Shown: positions 16,447 to 24,471 of the stretch, one piece after another | Position numbering within the stretch: position 1 is the stretch's first letter | Layout of the letters: each line of letters begins with the position of its first letter | NCBI RefSeq assembly: GCF_003367075.2 | Contig: NZ_CP065936.1 | Location: 2,250,001 to 2,282,000, forward strand | Direction of reading: 5' to 3' | Length of the DNA stretch: 32,000 bases | From: Cylindrospermopsis raciborskii Cr2010 | GTDB lineage: Bacteria; Cyanobacteriota; Cyanobacteriia; Cyanobacteriales; Nostocaceae | Position numbers and translations under genes: made by a program | Notes under the pieces: model-generated | What the model was told of the DNA's origin: nothing | The model's database searches: none | What the model saw: the letters and a program-made list of their open reading frames with translations, nothing else

Positions 16447-17466
16447 ATGATGAATCTCAATAACAAAACCATTCTCATTACAGGTACAGATGAATTTATT
16501 GGCTCCCGTGCAGCAGAATTAGCAGTAGGTCAGGGTTTGAAGGTAAGAGCTTTACAAGCTGACCCATTTTTAGATAAAACTTCAGGTGAAAGTTTGGAAA
16601 AATTGGGAGTAGAGATTATAATTGGTAGCATTAATGATCCAGGGATAGCTACAAAAGTTTGCCAGGGAGTAGATATAGTTTTACATACTAGTCAACTGAC
16701 GGAGGAGGGGGGAGACATAAAAAAGTTCCGAGAAATTAATGTTGGGGGAACTTGTAATATTGCCCAAGCAGCAAAGCAGGCAAAAGTGAAAACATTTATA
16801 CACCTTTCCAGTGCTTTAGTTTATGGATTCAATTACACCCCTAATGTGGCAGAAACGGAAACATTATCTGGGGATAATAATCCTTATTGTCAAACTAAAA
16901 TAGAAGCAGAAATAGAGATTTTAAAACTTAACTCACCTCCGGATTTTGGGGTGACTATTATTCGTGCAGGAGATGTGTATGGACCAGGTAGTGTTCCTTG
17001 GATTGTTCGCCCAGTCCTGATGATGAGACAAAAGTTATTTGCCTATCCCAATGATGGTAAGGGAGTGATGAATCACCTATATGTTGATAACTTAATTGAT
17101 GCCATATTTTTAGCAATGGCACAACAAACCTATGGAGAAGTTTTTAATATTACAGATGGGGAAAATACTTCATGGAAAGAATATTTTACCCACCTAGCAG
17201 CTATGGAAGGTTTACCTATTCCTATGTCTCTTCCTAAAGAAGAAATGAGGTTATTTTTAAAGGTACGTAATCAGGGACAAAAATTGTTTAGAAAGAAGGT
17301 GGATATTCTCCCAGAATCTGTTGATTTTATGAGCCGTCCATATTCTTATTCAATTGCTAAGGCTAGGAGTATATTGAACTATCAACCAAAAATTAGTCTG
17401 GAAGTAGGTATGAATAATACCCATCAATGGTTACAGACAACTGATATTCAAAAACTTATTAAATAA
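16447..17466 (+). CDS. hgdA: NAD(P)-dependent epimerase/dehydratase-family extended SDR
   Basis: The Rossmann motif ILITGTDEFIGSRAAE lies just after the MMNLNNK start, and the catalytic YCQTK (YxxxK) is present. The ORF track starts at an upstream TTG (16384). I prefer ATG 16447 because it puts the Gly-rich motif at the usual distance from the N-terminus. Symbol from synteny with Anabaena all5345. Confidence 0.78.
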   Translation: MMNLNNKTILITGTDEFIGSRAAELAVGQGLKVRALQADPFLDKTSGESLEKLGVEIIIGSINDPGIATKVCQGVDIVLHTSQLTEEGGDIKKFREINVGGTCNIAQAAKQAKVKTFIHLSSALVYGFNYTPNVAETETLSGDNNPYCQTKIEAEIEILKLNSPPDFGVTIIRAGDVYGPGSVPWIVRPVLMMRQKLFAYPNDGKGVMNHLYVDNLIDAIFLAMAQQTYGEVFNITDGENTSWKEYFTHLAAMEGLPIPMSLPKEEMRLFLKVRNQGQKLFRKKVDILPESVDFMSRPYSYSIAKARSILNYQPKISLEVGMNNTHQWLQTTDIQKLIK

Positions 17467-17515
17467 GGATTCAAGCAGTTAACTAACTAATATCATTCAG
17501 GAGTTTATTTCAACA

Positions 17516-18025
17516 ATGTCTAAGATTTTCAGAATTTCTCATTTACTGGTAACCACCCTATTAAGTTTGAGTTTTCCTCATCCAGTGGGAGCAACACCTG
17601 GAACAATGTTGCAAATAAATCCTCCAGTATCAACCCCATCAACCACAGAACTGACCGTAATAGTGAACGGAATACTTAACAAAACTGGTGATATTTGTCT
17701 AAGAGTTTATAACTCAGAAGTTGGCTTCCTTACGAATGGTTCTAGTGAAGTGAAAAGTGGCTGTACAAAAATTACTGGTAGTTCTGTAAAAACCGTATTC
17801 TCTGGATTAAAACCGGGAACCTATGCAGTAGCAGTAATGGACGATCAAAATGGAGATAGGAAACTGAACAAGGACTTTTTTGGCATTCCCACAGAAGGAT
17901 TTGGTATTTCTCGAGATCCCATAGTTTCCATGCGAACTGGTATGCCAAAATTTCGTCGCGCTAGTTTTAAAATGACCCAGAATACCACCATTGATATCAC
18001 TATGAAATATTCTTTAGATCCCTAA
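17516..18025 (+). CDS. Secreted DUF2141-family protein (signal peptide plus single beta-sandwich-like domain), function unknown
   Basis: 169 aa. The N-terminal signal-like segment is MSKIFRISHLLVTTLLSLSFPHPVGA. The core GTYAVAVMDDQNGDRKLNKDFFGIPTEGFGISRDP...MPKFRRASF matches my memory of the DUF2141 signature (GxYAvavfhDeNgNgklDtnxxGiPxEgyGFSN). Confidence 0.8.
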   Translation: MSKIFRISHLLVTTLLSLSFPHPVGATPGTMLQINPPVSTPSTTELTVIVNGILNKTGDICLRVYNSEVGFLTNGSSEVKSGCTKITGSSVKTVFSGLKPGTYAVAVMDDQNGDRKLNKDFFGIPTEGFGISRDPIVSMRTGMPKFRRASFKMTQNTTIDITMKYSLDP

Positions 18026-18114
18026 GTAATAAATAGTCATGGGGATGTGGGGATAGTAAATGACGAATTCTAATTTTTTTCCTTTTATCACCGGTACTAA
18101 GTGGTAACCTAATC

Positions 18115-19368
18115 ATGTCAGACCTGACTAAATTTTTATCTGAGTCCCTGATGGTTTGGTTAATCATTCAAGTAGGTTTAACTCTAATATTTTTATGGTA
18201 TCTAGAAACCTACAAACAACCATCGGATAGTGAACTACCAAAAACGGCAGTAATTTTATGTTTACGTGGGGCTGATCCTTTTTTACCTCACTGCGTGCGA
18301 TCGCTATTGAATCAAAACTATCCCGAGTATGACCTGAAGTTAATTATAGATAGTAGGGAAGATCCAGCGTTTAAAATTGTTCAAGAAGTAATCAATGAAA
18401 CAGGGGCAAAAAATATTGAAGTTAGCATTTTGAAGACAGTGCGTCATAACTGTAGTCTTAAATGTAGTGCTTTAATACAGGGGGTTTCAGATTTAGATGA
18501 ATCATATCAGGTAGTGGCATTAGTAGATGCTGACACCATAGTTCATAGTAACTGGTTAAAAGAATTGGTCATTCCGCTGATGGATGGAACAACAGGAGTA
18601 ACCACAGGAAACCGGTGGTATGTACCCACAGGAAAATATTGGGGTTCCCTAGTACGTTACACAGGGAATATTTCTACCGTCATACAAATGTTTCTGTTTC
18701 AAATTCCTTGGGGTGGTAGTTTAGCAATCAAAAAAAGCGTTATTCAAGAAACCCAACTAATAGAGAAGTGGGGACAAGTACTTGGTGATGACATACCAAT
18801 GCATAAAATCCTCCAAAAACAGGGATGGAAAATTAAATTTATTCCTTCTGCGCTAATTATCAACCGAGAAGAAATTAACTTATCTGAGTTACTTCCCTCT
18901 CTACAACGTCTAATACTTTGTTCTCGACTTTATCACCCTAAGTGGTTAGCATTAATCTGTGAAGCTGTTTCTAGCATAGTTTTTCCTGGGCTGACACTTT
19001 TATTAACTCTAGGAATGTTACTAGTAACTGAAGGAGAAAAAGTATTGTCTTTACTGCAATCCTATAGCCTTTATATCCTGGGACTGCTCCTGCTGATTTT
19101 AGTCACACAGAGGAGGGTTGAAAAAATAATTTATCAGCAGCAACAACCAATTACTGAAATTTCACTAACCACCATTATTAAAATGTTGATTGCCATTCCT
19201 TTAACCCAGTTACTTTATGGTTTAGCAATCCTATCTTCCATATCCACATCAACCCTAACCTGGCGTGGAATCACTTATAAAATCAATGATAAGGGAAATA
19301 TTAACTTAGTTGGATATCATCCTTATCAATGGTTAGATCAACCGACCGATCCAAAAATGTCTCTCTAA
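18115..19368 (+). CDS. Integral-membrane family-2 glycosyltransferase (ceramide-glucosyltransferase/HpnI-like topology)
   Basis: 417 aa. It has an N-terminal TM helix, then the GT-A core AVILCLRGADPFL...YPEYDLKLIIDS...VALVDADTIV (DxD), then TGNRWY (Q/RxxRW-like). Several C-terminal TM helices follow (LALICEAVSSIVFPGLTLLLTLGMLLV, LYILGLLLLILV, IIKMLIAIPLTQLLYGLAILSSI). Confidence 0.8.
   Translation: MSDLTKFLSESLMVWLIIQVGLTLIFLWYLETYKQPSDSELPKTAVILCLRGADPFLPHCVRSLLNQNYPEYDLKLIIDSREDPAFKIVQEVINETGAKNIEVSILKTVRHNCSLKCSALIQGVSDLDESYQVVALVDADTIVHSNWLKELVIPLMDGTTGVTTGNRWYVPTGKYWGSLVRYTGNISTVIQMFLFQIPWGGSLAIKKSVIQETQLIEKWGQVLGDDIPMHKILQKQGWKIKFIPSALIINREEINLSELLPSLQRLILCSRLYHPKWLALICEAVSSIVFPGLTLLLTLGMLLVTEGEKVLSLLQSYSLYILGLLLLILVTQRRVEKIIYQQQQPITEISLTTIIKMLIAIPLTQLLYGLAILSSISTSTLTWRGITYKINDKGNINLVGYHPYQWLDQPTDPKMSL
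18297..18304. repeat. HIP1 octamer GCGATCGC
   Basis: Exact octamer inside the GT2 gene. Confidence 0.9.
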
Positions 19369-19498
19369 TTTTATTGATTTTCTTATTTCTAGTATCCTTG
19401 TTGGGTAATTGTGTTAATTATCCGCTGGATTAACTGAGGTCTGTCAATGCGTAAATCCTAATTAATTCAACTTTCTTACCCAAACAGAGGAATTGAAC

Positions 19499-20755
19499 AT
19501 GGAAAAGAAACCCTTGCGTATTGCCTTATTCACCGGTTTATATGCTCCTTTTTTAACGGGAGTATCTGTTGCTGTACACCAGCGCGTTCATTGGTTACTA
19601 GAACAAGGACATGAAGTTTTTCTGATTCATCCACAAATTAATAAGCAATATAGTCAACAAGTTGGCAATCGTCCCATGTTAGGATTATCAGAACTGCAAA
19701 TTTTTTCTAACTTCTCTTCCTATGCTTTTCCTACCCAACCACTAATTTTTTATAAATCCCTACCACAACCTTTAAATTATCGTCATTGGAACGATACTAA
19801 ACTTTTAGAAAACTTTCAACCTGATATTATTGTTGTGGAGGAAGCAGCCCAGATGAGAGGGCTATATTCTATTTTTCTACAAGGTTATGGTAGAGCAGTA
19901 GGAGTTGACTATGCCAAACGTACTAAAACCCCTATTATCTCCGTTTTTCACACGGATATAGTTGCCTATATTAAATACTATTTAGGCGACATTTTATTCA
20001 GACTAACGAGTCCGATAATTCCTCTACTAGTCAGACAATTTAGCGATCAATATACCCTCAACATATTTCCTTCTAGAGAGCAACTGAAAAAGTACCAAAA
20101 ACTGCAATGCCAAAGATGTGAATATGTCCCTTACCAGGGAATTAACTGTGAAAAATTTCATCCTCGTAACATTTGTCATGACCCAATCCCCAATGATAAA
20201 AGACCAACTATTTTATTTGTAGGACGGATCACTGCTGAAAAGAATGTGACTCAAATTTTAGAAGCCTATCCCTTAATTGCAGCTAAAATTCCCGATGTAC
20301 ATTTAGTCATAGTTGGTAGTGGTCCCTTAGATCAAGAAATTCGCCATCGCGCCCAAAAATTTGCTGATGGTGTGACAATTTGGGGTGAATCTCATGGCAC
20401 AGAACTTTTAGGATGGTTTGCTAGAGCAGATGTTTTTATTAACCCGTCAGTTACAGAAAACTTCTGCACTACTAATAACGAAGCTTTAGCTTCTGGAACA
20501 CCAGTAGTAGCAGTTATGGCTCCCTCTACTGCTGAACAAGTAATTATTGGTTATAATGGACTACTTGCACAACCTAATAATCCCAAAGATTTTGCCGACA
20601 AAATAGTAACAATCCTGCAAAATCCCGATCTTAAAAATCAATTGTCTAGGCAAGCTCGCCCCTCAATTTTACAATTTGATTGGTCAAATTGCAGTCAAAA
20701 ATTTGAGGATAAATTATATGAGTTAGTAAATGTAAATGAGATGGAATTCTTCTAA
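19499..20755 (+). CDS. hglT: GT-B fold family-4-type glycosyltransferase, probable HGL glycosyltransferase
   Basis: The C-terminal half has FVGRITAEKN and the E-x7-E motif ENFCTTNNEALASGTPVVA. I chose ATG 19499, which is preceded by GAGGA; the ORF track starts two codons earlier at TTG 19493. It is the last gene of the hgd operon, as all5341 is in Anabaena (remembered). Its TAA stop is the first three bases of repeat copy A. Confidence 0.72.
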   Translation: MEKKPLRIALFTGLYAPFLTGVSVAVHQRVHWLLEQGHEVFLIHPQINKQYSQQVGNRPMLGLSELQIFSNFSSYAFPTQPLIFYKSLPQPLNYRHWNDTKLLENFQPDIIVVEEAAQMRGLYSIFLQGYGRAVGVDYAKRTKTPIISVFHTDIVAYIKYYLGDILFRLTSPIIPLLVRQFSDQYTLNIFPSREQLKKYQKLQCQRCEYVPYQGINCEKFHPRNICHDPIPNDKRPTILFVGRITAEKNVTQILEAYPLIAAKIPDVHLVIVGSGPLDQEIRHRAQKFADGVTIWGESHGTELLGWFARADVFINPSVTENFCTTNNEALASGTPVVAVMAPSTAEQVIIGYNGLLAQPNNPKDFADKIVTILQNPDLKNQLSRQARPSILQFDWSNCSQKFEDKLYELVNVNEMEFF

Positions 20756-20850
20756 GTGGGTGAGTGGAATTAGATATAAGATCAACGTAGGTTGGGTTGA
20801 AGTATGAAACCCAACACCACGTCCTACAAATAATTGTGCCTCCCTACTTA
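20753..20850 (+). repeat. Dispersed hairpin repeat, short form (copy A, 98 nt), between convergent hglT and dctM
   Basis: TAAGTGGGTGAGTGGAATTAGATATAAGATCAACGTAGGTTGGGTTGAAGTATGAAACCCAACACCACGTCCTACAAATAATTGTGCCTCCCTACTTA. It shares the left arm, hairpin 1 (GTTGGGTT/AACCCAAC) and the final 29 nt exactly with copies B and C. It lacks the 24-nt second-hairpin module. Confidence 0.85.
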
Positions 20851-20928
20851 GTTGGGGAAGGTATGGTAGTAGGGTGATCAGGGGTTTCCTGTAAGAAATC
20901 TAGATCACTCTATTAAATCAAATGGAAA

Positions 20929-22263
20929 TCAAACAGCAGAAATGTCAATTAACCAACGTACTGTCTGGGGGAAAATAATGACAATTAACAACACAATAAA
21001 CTGTAAGACCATAAAAGGAATAGCACTTTTGTGAATATCAAAAGTGCTAACTTCTTTAGGTGCAACACTTTGTAGATAAAACAAAGAAAATCCCACAGGT
21101 GGAGAAATAAAGGCCGTTTGTAAATTAATTGCCATCACCACACCAAACCATACCATATCAATATTTAAAGCTTGAGCTGCAGGTACAAATAAAGGCATGG
21201 CAATAAAGCAAATTTCCATGAACTCCAGAAAAACTCCCAGGGCAAAAATTGCCAAGTTACTGACAATTAAAAATCCCCAATAACCTCCGGGTAAACCTGT
21301 CAAAAGTTCAGTAATTAAAGTTTTACCCCCCAGAGCATCAAATACTAAACTAAACATGGATGAAGCAAATAAAATCATCACCACTAAAGCGGTAATAACT
21401 GCCGTGGAGTGAGCAGAATCACGAACTAATTGAGGTGTTAACCGTTTATTGAAAGCGGCCAGCAAAGAAGCACCAACAGCACCAACAGCACCAGCTTCTG
21501 TAGGCGTAGCAATGCCAAAGAAAATACTCCCTAAAACAGCAAAAATCAATAAAATTGGGGGGATAACAGCCTTGATGACTTTTTTGAGTAACTTAGTACC
21601 TGTAAGAATTTCCACATTAGCAGGAATATTCGGAACTTTGTCTGGCTGAAAAAAAGCTAGTGCCAGAATATAGAGAATATAAGAACCAGATAACATTAAA
21701 CCTGGAATTAAAGCCCCTAAAAATAAATCTCCTACCGACACACCAATTTGGTCACTGAGAATTACGAGTACTAAACTGGGGGGAATTAGCTGGGCCAAAG
21801 TACCCGATGCAATAATTACTCCAGCAGCTAGTTTCTTATCATAACCATAGCGAATCATCACCGGTAAGGATAACATTCCCATGACAATTACTGTAGCAGC
21901 TACAACTCCTGTCGTCGCTGCTAGAATAGTTCCTACTAAAACAACTGCTAGGGCTAAACCACCTCGTATACGACTAAATAAAATACCTACAGTTTCTAAT
22001 AATTCCTCGGCTAAACCTGACTTTTCTAAAATAGCACCTAGAAACACAAAAAATGGAATAGCCAGGAGGGTGAAATTGGACATAGTGCCAAACCAAATAT
22101 TTGGCAATGATAACAAACGTGCAGGGTTAAAAGCTCCGACTGTCATACCAATGATACCAAAAACAACTGCTGTTCCTGCAAAGGAAAAGGCAACCGGGTA
22201 TCCAGTCATTAAAATTATAAAAAAGCCCAGAAACATCAAAATAGATAACCATTCAAAACCCAT
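20929..22263 (-). CDS. dctM: TRAP transporter large permease subunit (DctM family)
   Basis: 444-aa highly hydrophobic ORF with about 12 TM segments. It has DctM-like N-terminal ([30 protein letters not shown]) and internal blocks. A DctQ-like gene lies immediately upstream and a DctP-like gene is divergent. Confidence 0.9.
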   Translation of the reverse strand: MGFEWLSILMFLGFFIILMTGYPVAFSFAGTAVVFGIIGMTVGAFNPARLLSLPNIWFGTMSNFTLLAIPFFVFLGAILEKSGLAEELLETVGILFSRIRGGLALAVVLVGTILAATTGVVAATVIVMGMLSLPVMIRYGYDKKLAAGVIIASGTLAQLIPPSLVLVILSDQIGVSVGDLFLGALIPGLMLSGSYILYILALAFFQPDKVPNIPANVEILTGTKLLKKVIKAVIPPILLIFAVLGSIFFGIATPTEAGAVGAVGASLLAAFNKRLTPQLVRDSAHSTAVITALVVMILFASSMFSLVFDALGGKTLITELLTGLPGGYWGFLIVSNLAIFALGVFLEFMEICFIAMPLFVPAAQALNIDMVWFGVVMAINLQTAFISPPVGFSLFYLQSVAPKEVSTFDIHKSAIPFMVLQFIVLLIVIIFPQTVRWLIDISAV

Positions 22264-22310
22264 AAATCACCTGATAAATTACTAACACTTTAAGAATTAT
22301 TGAAGATTGA

Positions 22311-22937
22311 CTATTCAATTTTGATATTTTCTGAAGTTTCTAGTCGAACTTTTTCTGATACCTGTTCATAGCCTAGGAGTATGGCCAAATATTTAATGGC
22401 TTGAGAAATACTCTGTAAAAGGAGAAACAATAATCCCAGGGGAAGCATAGTTTTAATGGGTGCGCGAGGTAACCCATTAGCATCGGAAGAAACTTCCCAA
22501 CTTCCCCAATTACCATCACTTAATCTCCCCCAGGACTGTAAGACCGGATTAAATGTGACCCAAATACCAATTAAACAGAAGGGAATTAAAAATAATACTG
22601 TTCCCCAAAAATCAATCAATGCTCTTTTCTTCTCATTCATATTAGTATACAAAAAATCTACTCGAACATTGTCTCCATGACGTAAAATATAGGCAAAGCC
22701 AAGTAAAAATGTCATAGAAAATAAATACCATTGCAGTTCTAAAAGCGCGTTCGAAGATAATTGTACTCCTAAAAAGCGTCCTAAATAGCGAGCAAACACG
22801 TTAAAAAAACCCACTCCAATGGTGATTAAAACCAGCCAATTGCAAAACCATCCCAATTTATCCGTATATTTATCAATAAACTCGGAAATCCTTAATAATC
22901 TGCTAATAAATAGCCATTTTCTGGATTCGTGCATCAT
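22311..22937 (-). CDS. dctQ: TRAP transporter small permease subunit (DctQ family)
   Basis: Four-TM small membrane protein directly upstream of dctM. The ORF track starts at GTG 22964. I chose the in-frame ATG-ATG at 22935-22937/22932-22934 (MMHESRKWLF...). The start remains uncertain. Confidence 0.78.
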   Translation of the reverse strand: MMHESRKWLFISRLLRISEFIDKYTDKLGWFCNWLVLITIGVGFFNVFARYLGRFLGVQLSSNALLELQWYLFSMTFLLGFAYILRHGDNVRVDFLYTNMNEKKRALIDFWGTVLFLIPFCLIGIWVTFNPVLQSWGRLSDGNWGSWEVSSDANGLPRAPIKTMLPLGLLFLLLQSISQAIKYLAILLGYEQVSEKVRLETSENIKIE

Positions 22938-23133
22938 GATTTCACTCACAAATAATTTCCCCACACTACACTAAACTAGGACTGATAGAAGATATTATAG
23001 AAATTTCGTTATACTTCTTTATACTTATTTTTAATTATTCATATTTTTTCCCTAAACAATATGGTAGAGTGTGGTGGTATTTTCAGCTCAATGGCAAATA
23101 CTTTTTAAAAATTATCCAAGTCAGGTTTTATTT

Positions 23134-24264
23134 ATGAAACGTCGAGACCTTGTTACGAGATTATCTCAAAGTGCCATTGGCGCTACAGGGGTAGCAATTG
23201 TTGGAGGTTGTCAAAAAGCTCAAAACCAAGAAGCAAGTGGATTTAATACAGATAAACTACCAACGGTAAAGTGGCAAATGGCCACCAGTTGGCCTTTGTC
23301 CTTAGAAATTATTTTTGGTGGAGCACAGGTTTTAGCTGATAGGGTAAAAGCCCTTACTAATGGGAAATTTATCATAGAACCTCGTCCCGCTGGAGACATA
23401 GCTCCTGGTTTGGAAGTGTTGAACGTGGTTTCCCAGGGTGCGGTACAGTCAGGACATACGGGATCCTACTACTATATTGGCAAAACCCCAGCCCTAGCTT
23501 TTGGTACATCAGTACCTTTTGGATTGAATGCACAACAGCAAAATGCCTGGTTATACGAAGGTGGCGGTCTAGCTAAATTACAAGAGCTTTACGCCCGTAA
23601 ATTCAATGTCATTCAATTTCCTGCTGGTAACACAGGTACACAGATGGGGGGGTGGTTTCGCCGAGAAATCAAAACCATTAATGATCTAAAAGGATTGAAA
23701 ATGCGTATTCCTGGTTTAGGTGGACAGGTAATGGCTAAACTGGGGGTGACAGTACAAAATGTTCCTGGGGGGGAGATATTTCAGGCATTACAAACTGGTG
23801 CTATTGATGCTGCTGAGTGGGTAGGACCCTACGACGACGAGAAGTTGGGTTTAAATAAAGTTGCTAAGTATTACTATTATCCCGGTTGGTGGGAACCAGG
23901 TCCAACTTTAGAAGTGCAAATTAATTTAGATGAGTGGAAGAAATTACCACCTCAATATCAAGCAGCTTTAGAAACCGCAGCATATCAATCCAACCTAACA
24001 ATGTTGGCTCGTTACGATGCCAAAAATAATCAAGCACTAGAAAGATTGTTAAAGGGTGGTACGGAGGTTCGTGCTTACAGTCAGGAGATTTTAGCAGTTG
24101 CGGAAAAAGAATCTTTTGCCCTGTATGATGAATTTGCTGCCAAAGATGCGGATTTCAAGGCCATTTATGACGAGTGGAAGCCTTTTAGGGATCGAGTTTA
24201 TGCTTGGAACAATTTAAATGAGGGCAGTTTTAGTCGTTATGTTTATAGTAAGCTTAAAAGCTAA
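23134..24264 (+). CDS. dctP: TRAP transporter substrate-binding protein (DctP family) with twin-arginine lipoprotein-type signal
   Basis: From ATG 23134 the N-terminus is [30 protein letters not shown] (RR motif, hydrophobic core, lipobox-like VGGC). The mature part has DctP-like blocks: [37 protein letters not shown]. The ORF-track GTG 23071 start would add 21 non-signal residues. Confidence 0.85.
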   Translation: MKRRDLVTRLSQSAIGATGVAIVGGCQKAQNQEASGFNTDKLPTVKWQMATSWPLSLEIIFGGAQVLADRVKALTNGKFIIEPRPAGDIAPGLEVLNVVSQGAVQSGHTGSYYYIGKTPALAFGTSVPFGLNAQQQNAWLYEGGGLAKLQELYARKFNVIQFPAGNTGTQMGGWFRREIKTINDLKGLKMRIPGLGGQVMAKLGVTVQNVPGGEIFQALQTGAIDAAEWVGPYDDEKLGLNKVAKYYYYPGWWEPGPTLEVQINLDEWKKLPPQYQAALETAAYQSNLTMLARYDAKNNQALERLLKGGTEVRAYSQEILAVAEKESFALYDEFAAKDADFKAIYDEWKPFRDRVYAWNNLNEGSFSRYVYSKLKS

Positions 24265-24471
24265 TCAACAGTAATTAGTGTTAAGATATGCACGATATTT
24301 TCTTTCATCTTTGGGTAGCTTTGCCGGAAGCTATGATACAATCGTGCTTTCTGGCTTACCAGAATTGACCGATGGGATGGTTAATCAATTTTAATCCTTT
24401 TGATTAGCTGTAAAATTGCACAAGTCTGGATTATGCCACAATAGCAAAAAAAAACATTAGGAGTTTTATTT

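Noticed and set aside
18037-18056. GGGGATGTGGGGATAG short direct repeat between the DUF2141 and GT2 genes
   Set aside because: It is only two imperfect 7-nt units with no palindromic or promoter-like context, so probably chance.
20851-20928. GTGATC ... GATCAC inverted hexamers downstream of repeat copy A as a dctM terminator
   Set aside because: A 6-bp stem with a ~25-nt loop and no flanking U-tract on the minus strand. This is too weak.
24290-24352. Possible terminator after dctP: outer stem GCACGAT/ATCGTGC (24290-24296 / 24341-24347) enclosing TAGCTT-TGCCGG-AAGCTA, followed by TTTCT
   Set aside because: The outer stem spans a 44-nt interior, the inner stem is only 6 bp, and the T-tract is weak. 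It is not convincing as an intrinsic terminator. I also saw no T-box-like leader for leuS.
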